Source: Gammaproteobacteria bacterium
GTDB lineage: Bacteria > Pseudomonadota > Gammaproteobacteria > UBA4575
DNA length: 64,000 nt
NCBI GenBank assembly: GCA_965222615.1
Contig: CBDCUI010000008.1
Coordinates: 512,001 to 576,000, forward strand
Direction: 5' to 3'
Shown: in pieces, positions 38,588 to 50,694 of the stretch
Numbering within the stretch: the first letter of the stretch is position 1
Layout of the letters: every line of letters begins with the position of its first letter
Made by a program: the position numbers and the translations under genes
Notes under the pieces: generated by a model
Database searches by the model: none
Seen by the model: the letters and a program-made list of their open reading frames with translations, nothing else
Told to the model about the DNA's origin: nothing

Positions 38588-38882
38588 AATGTTTAATGAA
38601 CTACTAAAAAGTGTACAAGAGATGGATCAGATTTCCAAAGGTAAAAAACGTGCTTCACGTCGTTTTACAATTAAAGCCCCTCAAGTGAAACGCATCCGTG
38701 AAAGGACTGGTTTATCACAAGCACATTTTGCAAGACTCATTGGAGTGAGTAAACGTACTTTGGAAAATTGGGAACAGGAACGAAGGCAACCTACAGGGCC
38801 AGCGCGAGCGTTATTAAAAATTTTGGAATCAGACCCAGAAGGGGCAGTGCAAGCCTTACATAGTTCATCACAAGGGCTCTGA
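38577..38882 (+). CDS. HigA-like Xre HTH antitoxin
   Basis: IRERTGLSQAHFARLIGVSKRTLENWEQ..RQPTGPARALL. Confidence 0.88.
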   Translation: MNDKMFNELLKSVQEMDQISKGKKRASRRFTIKAPQVKRIRERTGLSQAHFARLIGVSKRTLENWEQERRQPTGPARALLKILESDPEGAVQALHSSSQGL

Positions 38883-38968
38883 CTTCTTTTCAGCTTCTTT
38901 TCCAGGGTAAAGCAAACAGATCGATTATCCAGTACACTATTCTATAGCAATTTAAATGAGGTAAGGCT

Positions 38969-39157
38969 ATGCAAACTGCGAAACAAGAAGTAGAAGCGAT
39001 GCTACAGCATCTACCTGATGAAAGTACGATAGAAGATATTCAATATCATCTGTATGTATTGGAAAAGATCAAGCGAGGGCAAAATGACATTGCTGATGGC
39101 AAGAGCTGTAGTCACGAACAAGCAAAACAACGACTAAGTCGATGGCTCAATTTATAA
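38969..39157 (+). CDS. Antitoxin partner of a ParE/RelE toxin
   Basis: LPDESTIEDIQYHLYVLEKI..G; GAGG RBS; overlaps the toxin start. Confidence 0.8.
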   Translation: MQTAKQEVEAMLQHLPDESTIEDIQYHLYVLEKIKRGQNDIADGKSCSHEQAKQRLSRWLNL

Positions 39158-39450
39158 CGTGGTCGGATGAATCCTTATCAGATATCGAAAGTATTGCTGA
39201 ATTTATCAGTCGTGATTCCATACACCATGCACAACGCGTCATCGATGAAATTATACATATTGTTGAAACGCTTCAGAGTCAACCTAAGATGGGCCGTGTA
39301 GTTCCTGAATTAAAACAAGAACAGATACGAGAACATTTTATTTATAGTTATCGAATTATTTATGAAATTAAAGATGAGCAGTTGTATATCTTAGCTGTCA
39401 TTCACGGTAGACGGTTATTGGAAAATATAGAAGAACGATTTAAAATATAA
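39142..39450 (+). CDS. RelE/ParE family toxin
   Basis: ITWSDESLSDIESIAEFI, PKMGRVVPE, YRIIY, ILAVIHG. Confidence 0.88.
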   Translation: MAQFITWSDESLSDIESIAEFISRDSIHHAQRVIDEIIHIVETLQSQPKMGRVVPELKQEQIREHFIYSYRIIYEIKDEQLYILAVIHGRRLLENIEERFKI

Positions 39451-39564
39451 CAAAACCTAAACTTGGTAGGAGTGCGTGTAACTTAGCTTGCAATCCTCGC
39501 CTATGGCCAACAAGCTGTGCGCTATGCTTATGGCCAGAATTAATCCCAGTTCAGATATAACTTT

Positions 39565-40272
39565 TTATTTCAACCCAAAATGCGGCAGGATGATTTGTAA
39601 ATATAAATCTGCAATCTTTTGATGGCCATCATTATTGGGGTGAAAGCCATCCTTTTTACTTACTAACATATCTCCAGGGGCGGCTTTGAAGAAATCTACA
39701 ATGGGGACTTTATATTTTTGTGCTTGGCGTGTAATCGCTTGGTTAAATGCGGTTACTCGTTCTAAGGTAACATCTCGGTCCGGATCTTCGCGAAATTTTT
39801 TAATTTGAGTTAGATCCGGAAGATTCATGATTACAATATATGCATTGCTTTCGCTGCGTAGGCGTGCCAGCATACTTTCAAGGTCTTCTTCAAATTCACC
39901 AGCGTCATTACCGCCGATTAAATCATTTGCCCCTGTCCAGATGGTGACTAAGTCAATATCTTTGTCCCGTTTTAGTGCCGCTTTTGCGGTTTTCTTAATT
40001 GCGGGAATGTCGGCAGTGGGAATACCTAGGTTTAATAAGTTTACTTTGCGGCCGCGATCTTCAAATCCATCCTTAATACGGTAGACATAACCTCTTGTAA
40101 TCGGGCTCGCTCCAATGCCAAAGGCATCACTCGCACCCAGTGCGACATAATTTACAGGTGGGAGGACATTTGCGGGACCTTCTTTTATGTCATCGTCATC
40201 TGAAGATGAGGCACAACTGATAACTGCTAAAATTGCAAATAGATAAATGAATATATGGATAAGTTTTTTCAT
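39565..40272 (-). CDS. SGNH/GDSL hydrolase lipoprotein
   Basis: Lipobox VISC, YVALGAS, GAND, DGFHPN. Confidence 0.87.
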   Translation of the reverse strand: MKKLIHIFIYLFAILAVISCASSSDDDDIKEGPANVLPPVNYVALGASDAFGIGASPITRGYVYRIKDGFEDRGRKVNLLNLGIPTADIPAIKKTAKAALKRDKDIDLVTIWTGANDLIGGNDAGEFEEDLESMLARLRSESNAYIVIMNLPDLTQIKKFREDPDRDVTLERVTAFNQAITRQAQKYKVPIVDFFKAAPGDMLVSKKDGFHPNNDGHQKIADLYLQIILPHFGLK

Positions 40273-40446
40273 AATTAATTGTCAGGTTATGTATGGGCTA
40301 TTGTATAAGTAACCGACCGAAGCGTGACTTATTAAATAGATTAGTGAGATTGCCCCTTTGCTAGTATGTATTTGTATTGTGCATATATTTGAATCCCTTG
40401 TCATGTTAGAAAGTGTAAATTTTGCTATTACCACTTGGATTTACAC

Positions 40447-40630
40447 TCATCAGCATTTTCTGACGATAGCTACGGGTTTGTGTGTGAGGTTTTAGCAAAA
40501 AAACATGTCGCATTTATACCGGGAACTGACTTTACAGCAAGCCGGGCAATATAATGCATGCGATTTGTCGATACTACCAGTCCAGAAAATCTGAAAGTTG
40601 GTATTGAAAAATTAGCTAGCATAAAGTTAG
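40447..40630 (+). pseudogene. Decayed duplicate of the aminotransferase 3' end
   Basis: SSAFSDDSYGFVCEVLAKKHVAFIPGTDFTASRAI*CMRFVDTTSPENLKVGIEKLASIK aligns without gaps to SSAFSDDSYEFARKVLTEKHVAFTPGIDFGVNGAKQHVRFAYTTNLENLKIGIERLAEIK. Confidence 0.88.
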
Positions 40631-40661
40631 AAAACATCTTTATAGCTTTGCAAAGGAATAA

Positions 40662-41219
40662 GTGATGAAAGTAGTTGTTTATGGTGTGGTATTACTGATC
40701 TTTATGAATATGTCGATAGTTAGTGCAGGCGAAGAAAGTAATACGCCTGAACCGGAAGGCTCTTTAGTGCCGATGGACAATACTCGCTTACATGAGTTGT
40801 TAATGCGGATTGATCCTGATCTTGAAGGGGAGCTAGGTCTGTGGACGATGCGGTTTGAAAACATTCGGGCACGGATAATTACCGATGAGAATGCAGATCG
40901 TATGCGTGTAATTGTGCCAATCGTAAAAGTGAAAGATGTACAGGAAGGGGAACTGCTACGCTTAATGCAAGCAAATTTTGATTCTGCACTGGATGCGCGC
41001 TATTGCATAGCAAATGGAGTGATATGGAGTGCGTTTATACATCCGTTTTCAATTTTATCTGATAAAGAATTGATATCGGGCTTGGCGCAAGCAATAACGG
41101 CTGCCGCTACTTTTGGATCAACCTATAGTTCTGGAGCGTTAATCTTTAAAGGTGGAGATAGTGGCGAAAAGCAGCGCAAATACTATGAGAGTATTGTAGA
41201 GAAAGGTCTAGCTATTTAA
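40662..41219 (+). CDS. Exported protein with a YbjN/T3SS-chaperone-like fold
   Basis: Signal peptide; ADRMRV, RLMQANFDSALDARY, WSAFIHP. Confidence 0.65.
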   Translation: MMKVVVYGVVLLIFMNMSIVSAGEESNTPEPEGSLVPMDNTRLHELLMRIDPDLEGELGLWTMRFENIRARIITDENADRMRVIVPIVKVKDVQEGELLRLMQANFDSALDARYCIANGVIWSAFIHPFSILSDKELISGLAQAITAAATFGSTYSSGALIFKGGDSGEKQRKYYESIVEKGLAI

Positions 41220-41225
41220 GCAAAA

Positions 41226-41297
41226 GAAACTCTGATTTATTCTACATACGTCGTTAAAAAATGTCTCAGATGTTTTGTACAAATAAATCAGAGTTTC
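41226..41297. repeat. 72 bp element with perfect 16 bp terminal inverted repeats
   Basis: GAAACTCTGATTTATT (41226-41241) and AATAAATCAGAGTTTC (41282-41297), between convergent genes. Confidence 0.7.
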
Positions 41298-41298
41298 C

Positions 41299-41508
41299 TC
41301 AGCTGAGCTCTAAAGTAGAGTGGTGATATAAATTTGAAGCTCGTTTGCACAAACGTTTTCGAATGGCTTCTTGATAATGGTCATCAAATTTGGGCATTTG
41401 AGAAACAGCAGAGATGAGATACCACAATCCATTTTGTTGGCTCATGAAGTAAGAAACCATCTTATTGGCTTCTCGTTTGGCTCTTGCAATAAGGAGTTCG
41501 TCTTCCAT
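41299..41508 (-). CDS. Small hypothetical protein
   Basis: 69 aa ORF with an AGGAG RBS. Confidence 0.45.
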   Translation of the reverse strand: MEDELLIARAKREANKMVSYFMSQQNGLWYLISAVSQMPKFDDHYQEAIRKRLCKRASNLYHHSTLELS

Positions 41509-41694
41509 TGCATTTCTCCTTAGTGGATCTTCAATGAATCGCTATTGTGCACCTGACATATAAAAGAGAGTTAGGCTCCTAGTATTAATGGTGTTAAATA
41601 CCCAAATAAGTGGTGAGATAACATTAATTAGAACGATGAATGGTAAAAAAGTTCCGCTTATAAAACTTATATGCTTTAACTATTGTGAACTCGG

Positions 41695-42450
41695 TCAAGT
41701 TTTCTTTTCTAGGGAAATTGTCTGAGCAGATTGTTTTAATTCGCCAATCCATAAGGCCGTTGCGGCGGCTACTCCTACTGGCATGGCAAAAAAGTTAAGT
41801 ACAGGGACGATTGTCATTACCACTAATGCCATGCCAAAGCCAAGACATACAAAACGGTTTTGCTGTAATAGAGTGAGCTGTTGTTTGAAAGTTAAATTAC
41901 GATTACCCATGGGGTAATCTAAATATTCAATCGCTAATAACCACGCGCCAAAAATAAACCATAGAAATGGTGCGAATACATTTAAACCCGGTATAAGAAA
42001 TAGCAGCAGTAGTGGAAGCACCCGTATTGCCAAGTAAAATAGTTTTTTAAATTCATTTAAAATACCAACACGCGCGCCGCGTAAAAGATCCATATAGCCT
42101 TCGCCGCTGTCTATTTTTTGATGGGATAGATGTTCTTCAATTTTTTCAGATAGCACGCCATTAAATGGGGCACCAAAAATATTGGCGACGAGGGTGAAAG
42201 TGAAAAATACGATCAACAAACTTGCAGCAAAGAAAATAGGCCAGATTAAAACCTCTAGCCATTCAAGCCAGGTGGGTAAATATTGCTCTAAAAGTGTGTC
42301 AAAACGCTTCGATCCATACCAAATTACACCAGAAAATAAAAAAATATTTATTAGTGTGGGGATTACCACATAGCGCTTGATACCCGGCAATTTTAGCAAC
42401 TCAAAACCTTTCAAGACGTAAGCGGCACCTTTAATTGCTTGGGGGATCAT
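41695..42450 (-). CDS. cysZ: CysZ / EI24 family membrane protein
   Basis: PGIKRYVVIP, ANIFGAPFNGVLSEKIE, EYLDYP; synteny with smc-zipA-ligA. Confidence 0.88.
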   Translation of the reverse strand: MIPQAIKGAAYVLKGFELLKLPGIKRYVVIPTLINIFLFSGVIWYGSKRFDTLLEQYLPTWLEWLEVLIWPIFFAASLLIVFFTFTLVANIFGAPFNGVLSEKIEEHLSHQKIDSGEGYMDLLRGARVGILNEFKKLFYLAIRVLPLLLLFLIPGLNVFAPFLWFIFGAWLLAIEYLDYPMGNRNLTFKQQLTLLQQNRFVCLGFGMALVVMTIVPVLNFFAMPVGVAAATALWIGELKQSAQTISLEKKT

Positions 42451-42490
42451 TTTAAGATCTCATTTTAAATCTAGAGGTTGAGTAATATAC

Positions 42491-42889
42491 TTAAAGTGAA
42501 CTGGGAAGAACAACAGGGGTCTGGGCCTGCCAATTTGGTTGGCGATGTTCAACGATTACTTGGGTGTAAATCCCTCCCCGCACATTGAAGTCCGCGGTAA
42601 TTCGCATAAATCGGGGCTTTAGCAATGAGGCAAGATCGCTTAAAATTTCATTAGTTATTGCTTCGTGAAATGCACCTTTGTCTCTAAACGACGTCAAATA
42701 CAATTTGAGAGTCTTAAGTTCTATACATAATTTATCTGGAACGTATTCTATTAATATATCAGCAAAATCGGGTTGTCCCGTTAATGGACACAAGCAGGTA
42801 AATTCTGGAATACGCATACATATTGTATAGTCCGTTTCGCGTTGTGGATTTTCAAAGGTGTCTAAAACTTGTTTTTGGTTATTAGTCAT
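42491..42889 (-). CDS. queF: NADPH-dependent 7-cyano-7-deazaguanine reductase (short type)
   Basis: [34 protein letters not shown]. Confidence 0.94.
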   Translation of the reverse strand: MTNNQKQVLDTFENPQRETDYTICMRIPEFTCLCPLTGQPDFADILIEYVPDKLCIELKTLKLYLTSFRDKGAFHEAITNEILSDLASLLKPRFMRITADFNVRGGIYTQVIVEHRQPNWQAQTPVVLPSSL

Positions 42890-42940
42890 TGGCTTTTAAT
42901 TTTAATTTATCAATAAGCATATTCTAACGAAATAGCAACG

Positions 42941-45900
42941 ATGCGGCTCAGTTCTATAAAAATGTCGGGGTTTAAGTCATTCGTAGACCCGACTTCGTTG
43001 GTATTTCCTACATCTATGGTTGGTATTGTTGGCCCTAATGGTTGTGGTAAATCCAATATCATCGATGCAGTGCGCTGGGTGATGGGGGAAAGCAGTAAGC
43101 ATATCCGTGGAGATACTATGGAAGATGTCATTTTTAATGGCTCTTCTACGCGCAAACCTGTAGGTCAGGCGTCTATCGAACTTCTTTTTGATAACAGTGA
43201 TGGCAAATTAGGTGGAGAATATTCTGCCTATAATGAAATTTCAGTACGTCGACAGGTTACACGTGATGGGCAATCAAAATATTTTCTAAATGGCACAAAG
43301 TGTCGGCGCAAAGATATCGTAGGTTTATTCTTAGGTACCGGTTTAGGTCCACGTAGTTATGCAATTATTGAACAGGGCATGATCTCAAGGCTGATTGATG
43401 CCAAACCTGATGAGTTGCGTGTTTATCTAGAAGAGGCCGCGGGTATATCGAAATATAAAGAACGACGTCGTGAAACCGAGAACCGAATACGGCACACGCG
43501 TGAGAATTTGGATCGCCTCAATGATGTTATTGAAGAAATCACAAAACGCATTGAGCACTTACAGCGCCAAGCTAAGGCGGCTGAACGCTATAAGGTGTTA
43601 AAGGCTGAAGAACGGCAAGCTAAAACAGAACTGTTGGCATTACGTTGGCAGTCGCATCAAGAGGAAGTACAGCAACGTAAAGATTCTGCGGAGCATAAGC
43701 AAACCGAAATAGAAAAAGTGATGGCGGATATTCGTGCGATAGAAGCTGAAATTGAAAAGTTACGTCAACAACATGCCGGAGAAACTGAAAAGTTTAATGA
43801 AATTCAGGGCAGTTATTATAAATTGGGCGGTGAAATTTCCCGAGTTGAACAATCTATCCACCATGTAAAAGAACTCAACAGCCGTTATGACGAAGAATTG
43901 GCAGAGGTTCAACAGGCATGGGCGCAGGCAGAACAAGCATTGCTTGACGAACAAGCCAAAGCTGCTGAGTTGGAAACGAAAATTGCGGAAACAGAACCAA
44001 AATTAAATTCTGCGCGTGATCAGTTGACTTCAAATACCCAAAAGCTTAGTGATGCTGAAGAAAAGATGGCGGTTTGGCAAGAGGCATGGGAAGAGCTTTC
44101 TGCAAAAATGGCTGAGCCTACCCAGACGGTTGAAATTGAAGCTTCGCGTATTGAATATTTGGAAGAGCGCTTAGAACAGCTAGCCGATCGCAAAGACAAA
44201 CTGCTTGAAGATCAGCACCAGTTTAACAAACATAAATCTTCTCTTGAATCTAAGGATCTTGCATCGCGTGTCGATGAAACCAGTACTGCCTTACGCAGCA
44301 TATCCCCTCAAATGCTTGAGTTGAATAAGAGTATTAGTGCGGGTCGTGATAAAAGACAAAAGCTAACCATGGAATTAGAACAGGCGCGTGAGAAATTGCA
44401 GTCTGTACAAACGCAGCTTACTTCGTTACAGGCACTGCAACGAGTAGTTTTAGGTGAGGAAGGCAAAGCAGTAAGTCGGTGGTTGGAGCAAAAGGGTTTG
44501 CATAAGGCACCGCGCTTGATGGATAAACTTAAAACTGAACCTGGTTGGGAAGCTGCAGTGGAAACCGTATTGGGTGATTATTTAGAGGCTGTGTGTGTGC
44601 AAGACATTGAGCAGACAGCAAATTCATTGGATGGCATCAAGACTGGAAGATTGATGATGTTGGATCAAGAGACTGCGAGGCAGACTGTTGATACTGAAGG
44701 CACACTGGCATCGAAAGTTAAGGCACCGGTTGATTTAACTGAACTGCTTGGAGGGGTGTTGATAGCCGGCACGATCAATAGTGCTTTTAACAAGCGAGCA
44801 AGTCTGCAGCCAGGGCAATCCGTTATTACCAAAAATGGTATTTGGATGGGTACAAACTGGTTGCGTATTTCCCGCATTGCCGCGAATAAAGGTAATGTAT
44901 TGCAGCGTAAGCGAGAAATTCAGCATTTAGAAAAAGCTATCACGTCACAGCAGGCAGTAATTGATCAATTAGCTGCAGAATTGGAAGTTTGTGAAGAGCA
45001 GCTGTACAAGAAGGAAAATGAAAGAGATCATGTGCAGCAAAATTATACAGATGCACAAAAGCAGCACGCGCAGGCTGAAGCAGAAATGGCAGGTTGGGAG
45101 AGTGAACAAGAACATGTAATCCGCCAGGAAGAACAGTTACGTGACTATCTGGATGAAGTAAATCATCAAATTAAACAAGCTGAGGAAGAATTAGATGAGT
45201 CGGTTGAAGCTAAAGAGCAAGCAGAAATTGTGCTTGAAGAATTTAGCGAAGATCGGGATGCTTTAATAAAACAACGTGACGATACCGTATTTAATTTGGA
45301 TGGTGCACGTAGTGAAGAAGTTGAGCGGCGTGAATCATCACATCGGCTTGCGCTTAATTTAGAATCTTATCGAAGTTCATTAAATGCAACACAGACTTCT
45401 CTTTCAAGAATGAAAGAACACGTCGAACAATTACAGCAACGTAGTGAATCTTTACAAACTTCTATTCAAGAAGGGAATGCGCCACTTGAAGAACTCAATC
45501 AGCAATTAAAAGAATTTGTCGATCAACGCGTCAAGATTGAACACGATTTAACAGATGCAAGAAATACGGTTCAAAAAACAGATGATACCATCCGTAGCAA
45601 GCAGGAACGAAATGTAGAAACTCAACGCAAGCTAGAAGAACTGCGGAATGAACTGAATGATTTACAGTTAGCTTGGCAAGAAGCAAATGTGCGTAGTACT
45701 ACTATAAAAGAGCAACTCGATGAATATGATGTTTCACTTAATTCCTTATTGAAACAAATTCTAGAAGATGCCTCGCTTGCAGAGTGGGAAGAAAAAGTAC
45801 AGTCACTAGAGCGTAAGATCACTCGCTTAGGACCAATTAATCTTGCCGCGATTGGTGAATTTGAAGAACATAATGAGCGTAAAGAATATTTGGATCATCA

Positions 45901-46444
45901 ACACGAAGATCTCATTAATGCATTAGAAACACTTGAAAATGCAATTCGAAAAATCGATAAAGAAACTAAAGATCGTTTTAAAGATATATTTGAAAATGTG
46001 AATACCCATTTGCAGGGGATGTATCCACGATTATTTGGTGGTGGCAAGGCATTTTTAGAAATGACGGGTGATGACTTGTTGACAACTGGGGTATCCATCA
46101 TGGCGCGCCCACCAGGTAAGCGACTATCTTCAATTCAACTATTGTCAGGTGGTGAAAAGGCGCTTACTGCCGTGGCATTAGTATTTTCGTTATTTGAACT
46201 GAACCCAGCTCCATTTTGTCTACTAGATGAGGTGGATGCACCCTTGGATGATGCCAATGTCACGCGTTTTTGTGAGTTGTTGAAAGATATGAGTGACCGC
46301 GTGCAGTTTATATACATCACCCATAATAAGAGCACTATGGAATACGCAAATCAATTATTAGGGATCACTATGAATGAACCTGGCGTATCTCGAATAGTGT
46401 CTGTAGATGTTGAGGCAGCTGCTGAAATGGTAGCTGCATCATAA
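42941..46444 (+). CDS. smc: Chromosome partition protein Smc
   Basis: GPNGCGKSN, coiled coils with hinge, LSGGEK, LLDEVDAPLD. Confidence 0.97.
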   Translation: MRLSSIKMSGFKSFVDPTSLVFPTSMVGIVGPNGCGKSNIIDAVRWVMGESSKHIRGDTMEDVIFNGSSTRKPVGQASIELLFDNSDGKLGGEYSAYNEISVRRQVTRDGQSKYFLNGTKCRRKDIVGLFLGTGLGPRSYAIIEQGMISRLIDAKPDELRVYLEEAAGISKYKERRRETENRIRHTRENLDRLNDVIEEITKRIEHLQRQAKAAERYKVLKAEERQAKTELLALRWQSHQEEVQQRKDSAEHKQTEIEKVMADIRAIEAEIEKLRQQHAGETEKFNEIQGSYYKLGGEISRVEQSIHHVKELNSRYDEELAEVQQAWAQAEQALLDEQAKAAELETKIAETEPKLNSARDQLTSNTQKLSDAEEKMAVWQEAWEELSAKMAEPTQTVEIEASRIEYLEERLEQLADRKDKLLEDQHQFNKHKSSLESKDLASRVDETSTALRSISPQMLELNKSISAGRDKRQKLTMELEQAREKLQSVQTQLTSLQALQRVVLGEEGKAVSRWLEQKGLHKAPRLMDKLKTEPGWEAAVETVLGDYLEAVCVQDIEQTANSLDGIKTGRLMMLDQETARQTVDTEGTLASKVKAPVDLTELLGGVLIAGTINSAFNKRASLQPGQSVITKNGIWMGTNWLRISRIAANKGNVLQRKREIQHLEKAITSQQAVIDQLAAELEVCEEQLYKKENERDHVQQNYTDAQKQHAQAEAEMAGWESEQEHVIRQEEQLRDYLDEVNHQIKQAEEELDESVEAKEQAEIVLEEFSEDRDALIKQRDDTVFNLDGARSEEVERRESSHRLALNLESYRSSLNATQTSLSRMKEHVEQLQQRSESLQTSIQEGNAPLEELNQQLKEFVDQRVKIEHDLTDARNTVQKTDDTIRSKQERNVETQRKLEELRNELNDLQLAWQEANVRSTTIKEQLDEYDVSLNSLLKQILEDASLAEWEEKVQSLERKITRLGPINLAAIGEFEEHNERKEYLDHQHEDLINALETLENAIRKIDKETKDRFKDIFENVNTHLQGMYPRLFGGGKAFLEMTGDDLLTTGVSIMARPPGKRLSSIQLLSGGEKALTAVALVFSLFELNPAPFCLLDEVDAPLDDANVTRFCELLKDMSDRVQFIYITHNKSTMEYANQLLGITMNEPGVSRIVSVDVEAAAEMVAAS

Positions 46445-46487
46445 TTTTCTACTGTTAACTATATTTGCGCACACACATGCGAACCAT

Positions 46488-47249
46488 ATGGCGATAGAAC
46501 TTCGTATAGCATTATTACTGGTAGGACTGGCAGTGTTGGCCGGATTGTATTTTTTTGGTAAAGCAAAACGAATTTCGCATAAGAAAGAAGACCTTGATTT
46601 CAATTTTGAGGCAGATAAGTTTCTTGATGTGCTTGAAATTGATCAAGCCCTAGAGCTTGATGCGGAAGAAAATCAGGAAGCTATAAAAGAGATAAGTGAT
46701 TTAGTCCATGAAGATATAGTTGAATCGCCAAGGACCAAGAAATCAACATTAAGACATCAACCAAGCTTGTTGGATCAAAAAGCGGAAAAAGAAGTAGAGC
46801 AAGAGCAAGAGCAAGAAGAAAAACTTGTAGTTTTGCATGTTGTAGCAAAGCGTCCACAGAAATTTAATGGTAAGGGGATTATCAATCTCACAAAAGAACT
46901 AGATATTGAATATAGAGATAACCATATATTTCAAAAGAGTGTTGAACGTTTTAGTGGCAAGAAAGCACTCTATATTATTTTAAATGTGGTTAAGCCTGGC
47001 ACATTTGAGTTGGATGCGATGCATCAATTTGAGACACCTGGGATCAGTTTTGTGATGAATTTACCTGGTCCGGAAGAAGGATTAAAGGCATTTAATATAA
47101 TGCTTGAAGACGCAAGAAAATTTGCCGAGCGACTAAATGGCGATATTCTTGACGAGTCACGTAATAAACTTAGCCCACAAACTATTGCGCATCTGCAAGA
47201 AGAAGTACAACTTTTCAGTTTAAAAAATTCACGTAGCGTTCATAGTTGA
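46488..47249 (+). CDS. zipA: Cell division protein ZipA
   Basis: N-terminal TM, charged linker, C-terminal KPGTF...TPGISF FtsZ-binding domain; synteny. Confidence 0.85.
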   Translation: MAIELRIALLLVGLAVLAGLYFFGKAKRISHKKEDLDFNFEADKFLDVLEIDQALELDAEENQEAIKEISDLVHEDIVESPRTKKSTLRHQPSLLDQKAEKEVEQEQEQEEKLVVLHVVAKRPQKFNGKGIINLTKELDIEYRDNHIFQKSVERFSGKKALYIILNVVKPGTFELDAMHQFETPGISFVMNLPGPEEGLKAFNIMLEDARKFAERLNGDILDESRNKLSPQTIAHLQEEVQLFSLKNSRSVHS

Positions 47250-47300
47250 TTGTAATCGTTGCAGTTCAAAGCAATGTGAATTTCTTGCGTTTTATTCTAA

Positions 47301-49340
<2,040 letters not shown>

Positions 49341-49361
49341 ATAAATGGGCAGCGCTGAAGT

Positions 49362-49742
49362 ATGAAAAAAATCGAGCGCAGAGCAATACCACGATACCAC
49401 GTTAAGCTAGCAGTTGATGTAACTTTAGATAATTCGACGATTCAAGGAGGTACTTCCGCTGAGGCATCGTTTGCTGGAATTCAGATTGTGTGTGAAGGCC
49501 CCATTGCAGGTAAATTACTTAATAAGTATATACAAGTTACTCCTGGGAAAAACCTTATAGCAAAACTGCAAATTAAAATTCTAAATAAAAATGGGATTTA
49601 TCAAATTATTACTTGTGGGGCTCGTGTAGTTTCAGTAAATCGCATTTCTCAAAGCAGCTATAAGGTTGGCTTTAACTTTTTGGAATTTGAGGAAGGCGAT
49701 GAAGTATATTGGCAAAATTTTATCTCTACTTTAAGGGGTTAG
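49362..49742 (+). CDS. PilZ domain protein
   Basis: ERRAIPR (RxxxR) plus degenerate EASFAG; ends KVGFNF. Confidence 0.7.
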   Translation: MKKIERRAIPRYHVKLAVDVTLDNSTIQGGTSAEASFAGIQIVCEGPIAGKLLNKYIQVTPGKNLIAKLQIKILNKNGIYQIITCGARVVSVNRISQSSYKVGFNFLEFEEGDEVYWQNFISTLRG

Positions 49743-49872
49743 TCATAGTCAAATCGCTAAAGTAAAAATCTACATTTTTTGCGTATCTACTGCGTCTAGC
49801 TAATTTGTTAAGCACTATAATGATTTTTTCTATAGTATTGGTTTTAATTTGAATTTAGTAAAGTAATACAAC

Positions 49873-50628
49873 TTGTCAAATATTCACCCAACTGCAGTGA
49901 TATCTCCTAAAGCTGAGATCGACAGCGATGTAAAAATCGGGCCCTATAGTGTGATTGAGGATCACGTGGTAATAGGGTCTGGCACAGAAATTGGGCCGCA
50001 ATGTGTTGTGCACGCCTTTGTTAAACTCGGTGTAAATAATCAACTACATGCACAAGTCATTATCGGTGGCTTACCTCAGGATATAACTTTCTCAGGTGAA
50101 GAGACTTGGGTTGAGATCGGTAATCAAAACATCATTCGAGAAAATTGCACCATACATCGTTCTACCAATCCAACTAGTCCAACTCGTATTGGCTCTAATT
50201 GTTTTTTAATGAGCTACTCACACGTGGCACATGATTGCCAGTTGGGCGATGAAGTCGTGCTCACGGCATATGTAGGCCTAAGCGGTCATGTAGAAATCGG
50301 AGATAAAGCAAATCTAGGTGGACATGTAGGCACACACCAGTTTATTCGCATTGGCACGTTGTCGATGGTTGCTGGTTACACGCCGGTGCGCAAAGATGTT
50401 ATGCCGTATTGTTTGCTTGGAGGTGATCCAGTACGACATTATCGATTAAATACGATTGGTTTGCGTCGTGCAGGGATAAAAGGTGAGCGTTATCGAAAAT
50501 TAGAAAGCGCATTTCGACAAATGCGTGAAGGCAAGGCTATAGACGATCTTGATGGTACGCCTGAAATTGATCATCTTCGAAACTGGATGTCTGCCCCATC
50601 AAAGCGTGGTGTGTATGGGTTTTTGTAG
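49873..50628 (+). CDS. lpxA: Acyl-ACP--UDP-N-acetylglucosamine O-acyltransferase
   Basis: IHPTAVI, hexapeptide repeats, GGLPQD, IRENCTIHR, HVAHDC, HQF. Confidence 0.88.
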   Translation: MSNIHPTAVISPKAEIDSDVKIGPYSVIEDHVVIGSGTEIGPQCVVHAFVKLGVNNQLHAQVIIGGLPQDITFSGEETWVEIGNQNIIRENCTIHRSTNPTSPTRIGSNCFLMSYSHVAHDCQLGDEVVLTAYVGLSGHVEIGDKANLGGHVGTHQFIRIGTLSMVAGYTPVRKDVMPYCLLGGDPVRHYRLNTIGLRRAGIKGERYRKLESAFRQMREGKAIDDLDGTPEIDHLRNWMSAPSKRGVYGFL

Positions 50629-50694
50629 ATTTTAGAAGGCCCTGGATGAAGCAGAGATTCTTTTATTTTATCTGTGATATGTGGTTAAAAAATA

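Larger units (their letters stand above)
26121..40446. mobile_element. Genomic island (RHS locus, IS30, RAYT, TA modules)
   Basis: Flanked by the aminotransferase 3' end (25935-26120) and its decayed copy (40447-40630); accessory content; A/C-rich + strand; no integrase seen. Confidence 0.7.

Noticed and set aside
38871-38890. AAGGGCTCTGACTTCTTTT as a RAYT-associated REP
   Set aside because: Single degenerate copy without a good palindrome
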